A program made the translations under genes and the position numbers. A DNA stretch of 64,000 bases from Nymphaea colorata (taxonomy: Eukaryota): positions 36,270,001 to 36,334,000 of the forward strand of contig NC_045138.2 in NCBI RefSeq assembly GCF_008831285.2, read 5' to 3'. Shown here piece by piece: positions 16,173-27,092 of the stretch. Every line of letters starts with the position of its first letter. Within the stretch, counting starts at the first letter, position 1. The notes under the pieces were generated by a model. It searched no databases. It saw nothing but the letters and a program-made list of their open reading frames with translations, and was not told the DNA's origin.

Positions 16173-18451
16173 TCACTTGGCCATCATGACCTTGACAAAC
16201 TCCTCGTAGTTGATCTGGCCATCACCGTCCACATCGGCCTCGCGAATCATCTCGTCCACCTCCTCGTCAGTGAGCTTCTCACCAAGGTTGGTCATCACAT
16301 GGCGCAGCTCCGCAGCAGAGATGAAGCCGTTCTGGTCCTTGTCGAAGACCCGGAAAGCCTCCTTGAGCTCCTCCTCGGAGTCCGTGTCCTTCATCTTCCT
16401 GGCCATCAGGTTGAGGAACTCTGGGAAGTCGATGGTACCGTTTCCATCAGCATCGACCTCGTTGATCATGTCTTGCAGCTCTGCCTCCGTTGGGTTCTGA
16501 CCCAGCGACCGCATGACAGTTCCCAGCTCCTTGGTCGTGATGCAACCTGTGCCCATTTTGAACAGGCAAAAATCAGCGGAGTTGATCTTACCAGACAATT
16601 CAAATATTTGATGCACCATTCTTGAAAATTAAACCAAGACAGTCTTCAAAGACGCCACAAAACCACCTACAGGGACGATGGGACCATTTAGAAGACTTCA
16701 CATTCATAAGGACATCGACGTTCATCTTTCCGAACATGCACCTCTTCAGGTGCCAAGTCACATACATCCAATGATTCAGCGGTTTCTTTCGCGATGGTGA
16801 AAACAGTTTCTTGTTGGCTCCATTAGGTTCTCAAGATGAACGCCTGCTGAAAGGTAAACACAGCACTTCCCAATGGACGACTCTGTCACAGCAACAGACT
16901 ACACATACCCATGTCTGTACGACAGAGATTTAAAAATTGGAAATGACTAAACAATTAATCCTAAAACGTGATCCAGGGATTGCAGTTTATGAACTATGTG
17001 CATCATACAGACCTGGGACTGTGGGACAAGGATTAGAAGACATTTTAAATGGTCCAATTGTTTGGAAAAGAAAAACACATTTGATATGAGAAGCACTAGA
17101 CAAGATTTTAGAATACATGGGTAAGAGAATTTTTGCAAGTAAAACTGTAACGAAGATACTTGGACACGAGTAAGACCGACAAGAAGTTTTCTATAATCTC
17201 TCTGAACGATGAGAATTTGTCCAAGGAAAAGCTTTTCATTTTAGCCACAAGGTATATCAAAGGACAAAGAACTCAAAAATACAAGGGAAGGCAGGTGAAC
17301 CAGTAACACGATAAATACGCAAAATGATAAAGCACAGCACGTCATTACCACCACGGATTCACAGATCCATAAATGCGAACACCGGAGCAGAAAGAGCCAC
17401 ATCAAGACTGTGCTTAGGGTCTAAACTATTAAGACTGTGAAACGAAATATCTACAGATTTCTTCGTACCGACGACACTTCGAACAAGGAGTCAACAGCTA
17501 CCAATGAAATGACGTCACAGATTTTGCAAACAGCAAAGTGCAGTACTGTGTGATCAAAAAGGAAAATATTAACATCTCTTAATATTTAATCCAATACAAT
17601 GAGCACATTTAGATTAGCCGTTTAATAATAACCGAAATAAAAGAAGCAGTACGGTTATTTTCATCGAACACCAATCATCGAGGCAAGTTTCGATTTTGTG
17701 ATCCGCATGAACGTTTAAAATTTTAGCAACTTCGGATGAAATTCTAGAAAGGAACCTCTACTATTCGAGAAAAGCGCCACAAGCACCCCCTTCGTGAGCA
17801 ATGGAAGGGACCATGACAGATGCTTGAATAACAAAATATATCGTATTATTGAAGCAATAATATGGTGGGTATTCCAAAATACCTCCCCTTTAACAGAACA
17901 TGACTTGGAAATGCGAGGCACAAATCCAACTCAGAGATCATAGGTTGAAACCTCCAACTATTTCTAAATAATACAGACATGAAGAACGTTCGCTCTAAAC
18001 CATCTTCTCCAAATACTTCTAATGATCTCAGTAAGTTCGAATGTACAGAAACAATCAAACGTTTTTTCATTTCAGGTATCGAGGAACCACCCGACAGGAA
18101 CTATCCGCGATACCTCATACTCCGGTTATCTGCACGGATCTCCTTGGAAAACGAAACACTTCATTAAAAAAGGTCAAGGACATCATCAAACTCGCTTTAT
18201 TTATAAAGTAATCAACCAAGAAAACTAACAAAATTGACATCCGCCGTTATCCACGCATCTATCCTCAATTTTATCATAACCTGCCAAACAAAGCCTAATC
18301 GACGCAATAATATTCAAGGGAAGCATCAAAGCACACATAGAAGAAACTCCTCAACATCCAAAATATGACGCAGACCGTGAATCAACCGCAGTAGCACAAA
18401 GTTCCAGAAATTCCTCGACAAAAAACATCACGAAAAGCCGCAGAGAGCGAG

Positions 18452-18493
<42 letters not shown>

Positions 18494-18571
18494 ACCATCT
18501 CCATCCTTGTCGAATAGGCTGAAGGCCTCCTTGAATTCGGAGATCTGATCGTCGGTAAGCTGATCCGCCAT
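16173..18571 (-). CDS. CAM: Calmodulin, canonical 149-aa plant CaM (CaM7-type sequence), 2 exons
   Basis: Exon 1 18571-18496 ([26 protein letters not shown]) and exon 2 16546-16173 total 450 nt. Four EF hands, ends VKVMMAK*, intron at the conserved Gly26. Confidence 0.98.
18454..18490. repeat. (GA/TC)n microsatellite at the 5' end of the CaM intron
   Basis: Directly visible. Confidence 0.9.
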
Positions 18572-18733
18572 GTCTGATCTGCAAGATCAAGGGGAAGAAG
18601 AAGAAGAAAGGAGATCAGCAAAATCTCACGGGAGCGAGCGATCGGAGGATCCTTTCTTTCCCTCTCTGGCTCTTCAAAGCCTCTCTTTCTCGTTTTTTCC
18701 TCTTCCTCGCCGAAACGCCCGACTGCCGTTGGC

Positions 18734-18908
18734 CTTTTATACGAACGCGGCTCCGCGCACTGCTTTCTCCTCCCTGGCCCCATTTCTAACCGCGGTTAAT
18801 TTTAGGCACTAAAGGCGATGTGCACCCTCGTAAACGACCTCAAGACTCCAAAAAATTACCCTCTGCCACCACTCCCGGCTTCAACTGTCTCGTAAAACGG
18901 CCACGCGT
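18734..18908 (-). promoter_or_regulatory. Calmodulin core promoter: TATA box and CGCG boxes
   Basis: TATAAAAG on the minus strand at 18734-18741; VCGCGB motifs at 18745, 18753, 18790 and 18903. Confidence 0.55.
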
Positions 18909-21046
18909 TTTCATAAATGCTGGGATGCCCGTTTGGGCCTCGCGGGAAATGCCAACAAGTTCATGAAATGAGTCTTCTCCGCTCCGCTACAATATCATTT
19001 CCTTGAACTTGGTCACCAAATTCATGATAAAACCCGAACAAAGTCAGGAATGCCAAAATAACGTCTAATAAAAACTTGGGCAACGGAAAGACGAATCGGG
19101 AGTTGATAAATGTGAAAGAATAAAGGGTTTTAGTTGTATAACTAACTAAGTTTAGACTTTGGTGCAAAAGACAAGCGAGAATGGCTTTTCAATCTTCTCG
19201 TGACGTTAAGCAGGTGAGCTGAGCTATTGTGGACGTGTCTTATGAAATCTTCATAACACATTTATGCAATCAAGGTTTTCCTAGTTAGTTGGTAGGACCC
19301 ATTTCTTTAAATAAGCAGGAGGAATTTCTAACTATAGTCCTTGGAACGTGTTTGAATAGGTGAGTGGGGTTTGAGACATTCTGTCCTACTGGCACATGGA
19401 GCCAAACACGTATGAGATTGGGTGTTTTGACACTCTCAACCTTCTTCATCTTCTAACTTCATTGAATTAAACAAATGTGAAGATCATTTAGAAGTACCAA
19501 TAAGGAATGGACGTCCTTTGGTTAAAGTAATTGGAAAAGGTTTTGGGCACTTGTTATTTTCTTTAAAAAAAATTATTATTATATTTTATTCTTTTTAGAC
19601 TAATAGTAAAATAGGTTGTCCAAGCTCTTTTCTCACTTCTAGGTAACGAAGTTTCATGTTTCGTGCAAGAAATTTTTGGCCGAGAGGCACTAATACTAGC
19701 AATTATAATGTTTGAGGGGCAACTAATATGTAAGTAGGCAACACATAATACAGATAATGAGGTATTAGAACAATTTATAGTTAAAAAATTCCACCGACTA
19801 AACAAACCAAACAGGTTAATCTGCATGGTATCTAAAGTCTCACTTTCCCATGTATGAGGTTTTCTCCACTTAATGTGGATATAAAATCCACTGTTTGGTA
19901 AAAAAAAATGGATCCTATCAAACACGCCCCATTAACCTTGTCTATGGATCGTGGACTATAAGCCAGTACCCAAACCAAACGTGACGAACAAGCTCTATGA
20001 GCTTCTCTCGATTGCATGTTAAGTTTGATATTGTAGACAATATTATATTATTTATGTGATGCAATATGCATGATAATTATGCAATACGTATTTGAGAGAA
20101 CGTACAAACATAACTGTGGCAGTGTCAAATGCTTAATCGACGACTAACAACTATTTGTTATTTTTTGACTTCATGGCTTTTGTTAAACATTTACTATAAG
20201 CATACATAAATACTCGTATTCAAAATTATAAAAACCTTTTAAAACTGAGTTAATTTAAGCGTATTTAACTGAACCCCTTTTTTTTTCAAGCCCATCGTGT
20301 TCTCTTCTCCTCCAAAAAATGCCAAGTTATAAAATCTTGAATTGAACTTCCTTTCCTTTCATTGGTGCAACCACGATATATGGAAAAAGAATCTTCTTTT
20401 AATGGATTTGAATTAAACTCATAAACCTTAAAATTGGTGGAAAACTTTTTATCATAGAAGAGGTTCTTTTCCCGTTTCAAACGCGATCTGAGGGAAAAGA
20501 GAAGAAAAAAGAATACGACAGGAAAGTCCTCGGGCTCCAGGCGAAGAGGGATGGTAGACTAGATATACAGTGGGGAGATCAGGGGCAGTTACGTGATTAA
20601 ATGTTTCAGAAAAAGTGAGAAAGCAAAAATTGTGGGGTTTTTTTTTTAAATCCGAGGTGGGATGCCATTTAAGGGCTTCCCTTGGCGTTTTTCTGAAATT
20701 TTTTATTTTGGGGAAAATGAAAAGGAAGAGGAGGGGCTTGGGCCACGGTTTGACCGGATGTTTTGGTCCTTTTGCTGAGGGAGAAGGGCAGGTGCTGGAA
20801 TTATTTTTTATTCGTTACGCGGTTCTCACGCGGTGTGGTTCGCCACCAACGCGGACCGACACGTCAGCGGTAAACCCCAAAGCACTTTTACGTTACAACC
20901 CTCTAACAACAGCTCGAATGACGGGGACGCAGGGTCGGGCCACCGCTCTGACCACCCAGGCCAACGTGGATTTGCCGAGTTCCACTACCGCCCGCGGCTT
21001 TGCGGTTTCTGGATATTCGGTCGGATTCGAATTTGTGATCTGGATT

Positions 21047-21480
21047 GGAGATGTCAATGGTTCGGATATCGTTCAACACCCGACTCGATTACAATCCAAA
21101 TCCAACTGGCAATGGGATTCGGATTGGGTATAAGATTGTAGTACATATTTGGTTTTTAATAAATATGCAAGTCGGATTTCGATTCAAATCGAAGCTTAGT
21201 TTTAACTAAAATATCACATACCCAACGTCCATGTGTTTTGAAAGTTGATTTCTAATATATATATATAAGAACGTAGTTGATATTTGGTTGTGTATTTAAA
21301 AGCCAGATTTCGATTCAGTTATAAGTTTAAAAGTACGGTATAGTGTATACTTTTTCTTCATTCATTCAAATCCAAACTCGATTCCGAATATATTTAAACA
21401 TCCGATAAATCAGATATGGTAAATTGTAGTATCGAATTCGAATCTAATCCTTTGATTGCTTAATTTGATATAGAGTTAGA
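21047..21480. repeat. Degenerate AT-rich repeat with many AATCCRA/TYGGATT units, probably an old non-autonomous DNA transposon; similar tracts at ~43630-44055, 44260-44510 and 50785-51145
   Basis: GAGATGTCAATGG or GAGATGTTAAC-type starts and repeated ATCCGA/AATCCAAA/TTCGAAT units shared between tracts. No clean TSD seen. Confidence 0.4.
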
Positions 21481-23508
21481 ACCATATATATATATATATA
21501 TATAAACGGATGGAAATTTCCTTCTCAAATCTAAATACTTGAATGTCAAATTGCATGCACACCCCTGACATCTTCACAAGCTTTTGTGCATATATTATTA
21601 GTTATCCTCTTCCACATTTTTCATAGATTGCAGGAGGATTAGATGTTGGCATTACGTCCCTATGCCGCCTCCCACTTGAAGCTTGATGGTCACTTTCAGA
21701 AATATTTCTCTTCTACTTTCTTCCACGCTTCTGCAGGCGTTTCACAATCAGTTCTTGCTTCCCACTTTCTACCACTTGGTTGCCGCTTTGCCTTTTGTTT
21801 TATGTGTCCTTTTCCGCTTCTATTGTTCCTTTGACATGCAGCTTCTCTTCTTCTTCTTCTTCTTCTTCTTCTTCTCCTTGCTTTGTTTATTACCACATAA
21901 ATGCATCTACAAGTATTGAAGTTCGCTTGATCAGATAGTAAAACACAGCTTGGACGATGATAATGGAAGCACTCAGTGCAATTTCTGCTGATTTACAATC
22001 AGACCTGAAACTGATGACGATCGATCCAAACAAATTCGGACTAGATCCAGAAAATGACGATATACTATCTCAGCTACCGGATAATGCGGAATTGGATGGA
22101 AGACCGAACAATGTTTGGTATGCAATATGGGTGCCCATGCATTCAGGTCAGATCAGTCAAGTCCTGGTCAGTTGTGGGTGGCACGTCGGCTACCGGTCTC
22201 CAAGGAAGAAGCCTCATTACCTACCCAAAATCTGCCGGTTCGGTCAGATCTAGTTCCTGTTTGGGAGATCATAAAGATCCCATATCTTATACAAACTTGA
22301 CCCCTTTGATCACCTGCCTATGTTCCGGAAGAAATATGAGGAGTTTTAAAATTTATTGGGACCATAATGACGTCGCCCTCAACAAGTTCCATAGTCTTAG
22401 TTTGAAAAGTCATGTAGGGAAGAGGAACAAAATGCCATGAAACGGCCCAATTGAAAGGGATGGGCTGTTTGAGCAAATTACAGAAAAGAAAAAAAAAAAA
22501 AAAGGTTATCAAATCTGAACTCAACTTTTAAAAGTTACATGCTAAAATAAAACATTAATTTTTGATATAAAATGACAAAAATAATTCCTTGTAGATATTC
22601 GTTCTCTATCTGCATGTGGCACTTTGAGAATTTCTTTCAAAATTAAATGACTATTATGAACTTTTAAAGATTGGAAGATGATTTTTATTTTACATATGAT
22701 CAAGTAAAAAATGTGTGACATTCGGATATTTGGGTTATCAAAGATCTTCAATTCAAACATGGGTTAAATTGAAAAAATGTTAAAAAGGCTGCGATTTAAC
22801 AATAAAAGACAAGTTCTGCTGAAGTGGGAAAAATTTTCAACCAGTTATGTTCAAACTTGATTCGTCCTATCAAACGTGCCTTAAAAGTTCTGAAATGAAT
22901 CAGATGCGGGTTAGTAGGAAGTTTGTAGTCGAGTTATGAAAAGAAAGAAAGAATAAAAGAAGAAGTGGGGAAGGCATATGCTTGGGGTTATTCATTTGAA
23001 ACGTCCAGTCCAATCCAACTTCTCTCGCAGCACATGAAAAATGTAAATGCTAGCCCCACACAACACATTTCCACGGTTGACAGTTTGCTTTTCAAACTAA
23101 CGAAATTGTGGTTAATTATAGACAAAAATTTTAAAAATATATATATATATTTTAAATAAAATATCAGATGCTCATAACTTGTTTGGGATAGTTACTTTGG
23201 TGGAAACATGCTTTGATTCAAGTTATTTTTGTGAAAATATTGACGTTTTGATGATTCAATTTTAGTGACATGCTTTTGGAAACATGACGATTTCACGATC
23301 TAAAGTAGCGATGTTGTTTCAAAGCTTTGCAATTAGGGGAACACAATTGTTATGCACTTTTATTTTGTATAACCATTATTTGGAAAACCACCTTAATTCA
23401 GCAACTTTTTAGTTATAAAGAAACGCATCACCCGATTCACGGGTCCACTCCGCCAAATTCCTCCGCCATCAGACCAAGACAGAAACTCTTTCGTATCAGA
23501 TGGTAGAA

Positions 23509-26500
23509 CTAGAAGTAGAGTCTCTTTCTGCACCTTAAGAACGCCATGGAAGAAGCAGGCCTCCAAGAAACCCCCAATTCACTGACCGTCTCCTCCAACA
23601 GTGCACCGAATACGTGAGCTTCTAACATCATTCCAATCCTTTCTAACTCCACCCCTTCCTTCTTTGCGCTCTGTTGCATCACCTCCGTCAGTTCCTCCTC
23701 TTCAATGGCAGTCACATAAGGAGCCTTCCTTGGGGCGCCGCCGCTGCTGTCCCCTGCACCTGCAGCTTCACAGGGCTTCGCATAGGCATCTGCCACCAGT
23801 CTCTGGTACTTGTCCGACTCCTTCAATATCGGAAACAAGTTGCTGCTCCCTGTTTCCTTGGCTTCTTGGCTTACTTCTGCATCGTATATAGTAAACAATC
23901 GTTAATATAAACTTTTGCACACTAGCTTAGTACCATTCATGTTCAATGGCAGATCGAAACTGATCAAATATTGCGACCATTTAACATATTCAACTTTAAC
24001 CGGATGCATTTCCATGGAAGGGCGTTTGGTAAGAAGAACAACAATATATTTCTGTTCCAGGAAACAGTGTGCGTCGTTGTGGATACTATTTCTGGATCTA
24101 ATAATCAAACTCAGACATAATTATGCTATGTTCCCGACAACAAGAATATGGTGTTTTTGAATCATGCATTCTAAAAATAATGTATCCTTCTTACCAAACT
24201 TACCTTTGCATGTACATTCAATAATAGTTGCCCCTTGAACATTTACTCAGATTCAAGGTTGTATGCAGAAGGCAACAAAGCGCTCTTTGGGCTCTATGCA
24301 TTGAGACATGATCTAGGTGTCATCGAAACCAAAGGATTATAGATCTGTGGATCAAATTTGACATAGATTTGCTGGTTTGGTGACAGATCTACACCAAAAT
24401 ACAGGGTTTAATTAACAAAATAACGATTTTGGATCAAATTAACCAAAGAAGAATACTTTATATCTCTGTCTCATCTTTCATTGTTAGAATATCGGACCTA
24501 AGATCATGGACAGTATTAATTTGGTCCTAAATTCATGCATCTTAAAGGCTAAAGGATATTATTAACATCATATTTGATTTGATTAATTGAGAGAGTCTGA
24601 ATGATGCATAAAAGGCCAGATCCAATCAATGACAGCTAAAAACATTCAAGGCTAGCTCAGTGTCGGATCTGATACAGCCAAAAATGACACAGACCTTGCT
24701 ATAAGACCTGGCCGAGCTGCACCCACAGGGCTTGTTTGATCCACAGATATTCTTCACCTCATCTCTTTTTTACATCTAGTGGAAGTTAGCGGTGAGTGGT
24801 TGTTCCTGTATCAAAAAGAAGGTAAAAAAGAAAAGTCTAACCTAACCAATAGGGTGTGACTTTTTTACCTTGGGAAAAAGTTGTCCGGGGTAAAGTAGGG
24901 TCAGAAATGAATAATAGATTCGAGACAATAAAATACATTACAGATCAGAACAAAATCGAATTTGGTACACTAAAGTTGACAAATTCTTGGCACCAGATTC
25001 AGACCACTTGCAACTCTAGGACACATTATGCACCCAAACAAGGACACCTGGTTCCAGAGACCTGCAAACATGGCATCTATACTGAGTTCCTGATCATTTC
25101 AGTAGTGAACACGAGCAAAGCTTCTTTTTCTTTTCTTTTTTTTTCTTTTCTTTTGTGAGAAAAGCTTTCCGCCAAACAGAGTCCTAATGGAGGGAAAATA
25201 GAGCCGCTGGCCCGCTGGGCCTGTCTATAAGAACTCTTAAGAAGTCTGTTGTGCTTGTCTTCATATACAATATCACCAGAAATTGGTGATTCTGAATATG
25301 ACAAATCTAGCCAACTTGCGTAACGTAAGCAATAATAACATGTACGCTAAGAGTGCTTTTCAAAAAGTAAAAGAAAAAGGAAGAATATTGACTGATCTGA
25401 GTCGTATTGGCCGATAGATAAATAAAAGAATTTCTTAGAGATTAACTTAAAGTTGATACATACGGATGTATATTACTCATACCATCAGTTTCAGAGTTTT
25501 CTGTAAGAAACGAAGAATGCAAGTCACAACATTGGTGAGAATCAAACCCAAAATAGGGTAAGAAGTTTTAATTGTTTCATCAGCTTCACTTTTTCTTATT
25601 ATTTTTCAGCATTTTGAGAACCACCAACAATAAAATCATGAAATTATTTTCCATAATGCGATGCATTAATTTTCAACTGTGCACTAAAAATTTGAAAGAT
25701 GTTAATAAAATGTCGATGAATGAACAAGTACCTTTGTTCTTGACGGGGGTGAGTTCATCATGACTAAAGAAAGCCGAGTCATCCAGCACGGACACTGGGC
25801 TCGGCTGGTCGCTGTTGGGCTCTATGCACCTCCTTCCATGCAATGGAGACCTCGCCGTTGGGCTCGTCGGAAACTTGCAGTGCTCCGCCTTCAACCAACT
25901 ACCACCACCACCACCTTTAAGATTCATTTCCACCACCACTTTAGGCGGAGCCGCCACCGGCATCACCGGCTTCCGGCCGCACTTCTCCACCACATGAATC
26001 GCTTCAATTATCTTCTTCAGAGTGTGGAGGTCCTCCTCGCACTTCTCCAGCGCTCCCAAGATCCTTCGCCGCTTCTCCGAGGTCGTCTCCTGCGGGTCCG
26101 GGCGACGTACCACTGCGTCTGGGAAATCCTGGAGGCCCATCAGCCTCGCTACCACGCCCGGCTGCCGGTGCAACTTCTCCTTCCCGGACATCTCCGAGGA
26201 CTGGCGCCTCATCTCCGCCGGCAGCGTCGGGCTGCGGGGGTTGTTGCAAGACAGCCGCCTGGGATCTGAGGCTGGTGCTGCGGGTGACTTGGGTTCTTGC
26301 TTCTTCGATCTGATCTTCTTCTGCTTCTCGGCATTGCTGGAGAAATGAGTCGTGACGATCTCTTTGAATTGTGAAGTGTTCGAAGTCAGAATCCGGTCGG
26401 GTTTTGCTGCTGCTGGAAAATATATAAATCAGCCTCGACTTTAGAGAACAGAAAATTTTCAATATCAAATGCAGAATACTCTACATCAATGAAACTCCGT

Positions 26501-27032
26501 TTCAGTTAGAGCACTTGGAAACAAAAGTGTAAATGAGGCATAAAATCTAGATTGCAAAATCTCCGCTGCCCCCTCTTTAGCCTGTGTTAGCTCAACTAGA
26601 CAGAGTAGACCAGACCAGTCCAGGTTGCAGTTTGGTGATGAATCAAGTTCCGGCCAAAGTTTTAGTTCCATTTTGATTCAGAACCAGTGGTTAACATCAT
26701 AGTTTAACCAAGATCCAGGGTCAATAGGCTTCAAGATGGTAACCTCCATATTAATTATGATCTAGAACAGTAGATAATCGTAAACGTGCAGATCAGCCGA
26801 TAAGAAGTTTGAAAAACGAACGACGGAGCGAAGAAACTGGTAACTCGATTCGGGGAAGGGAAAAAAAACGCAGAAAAGGAGAAGAAGCAGATTTCGATAG
26901 GAACCAACCTTGCGTGAGCCTTTTCTGGTCAAGTCTGTGGCCTTGGAGCAGATAAAAAATCCCAGACATGCAACCAATGCTCTTGACACCATGTTGGACT
27001 TCCGACTTTTTCCGGCCGCGCGAGGATGGCAT
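23509..27032 (-). CDS. VARLMGL-motif (DUF3741-associated, TRM-related) plant protein
   Basis: Exon 27032-26909 (SIGCMSGIFYLL); exon 26412-25732 (RRLSCNNPRSPTLPAEMRR, PGVVARLMGL, EKRRRILGALEKCEEDL, DQPSPVSVLD); probable microexon 25500-25483; exon 23876-23509 (ELERIGMMLE...LLEETVSEL...CRKRLYF*). All junctions are phase 1. Confidence 0.85.
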
Positions 27033-27048
27033 TGCTTCTGCTTCTGCT

Positions 27049-27092
27049 TCTTCTTCTTCTTCTTCTTCTTCTTCTTCTTCTTCTTCTTCTTT
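27049..27092. repeat. (TTC/GAA)n microsatellite just upstream of the VARLMGL gene ATG
   Basis: Directly visible; a similar run lies at ~21848-21874. Confidence 0.9.

Noticed and set aside
20516..20595. CAGGAAAGTCCTCGGGC resembles the RNase MRP CR-I/P4 motif
   Set aside because: The candidate partner strand is too close and poorly matched, the upstream sequence is an unstructured purine run, and there is no USE/TATA on this strand.
21634..21675. Short hairpin with faint miR394/miR482-like words
   Set aside because: The stem is too short for a pre-miRNA and matches no conserved mature miRNA I recognise.
25077..25306. In-phase ORF in the VARLMGL intron as an extra exon
   Set aside because: Weak acceptor, low-complexity end and no good donor; the flanking exons already join in phase.
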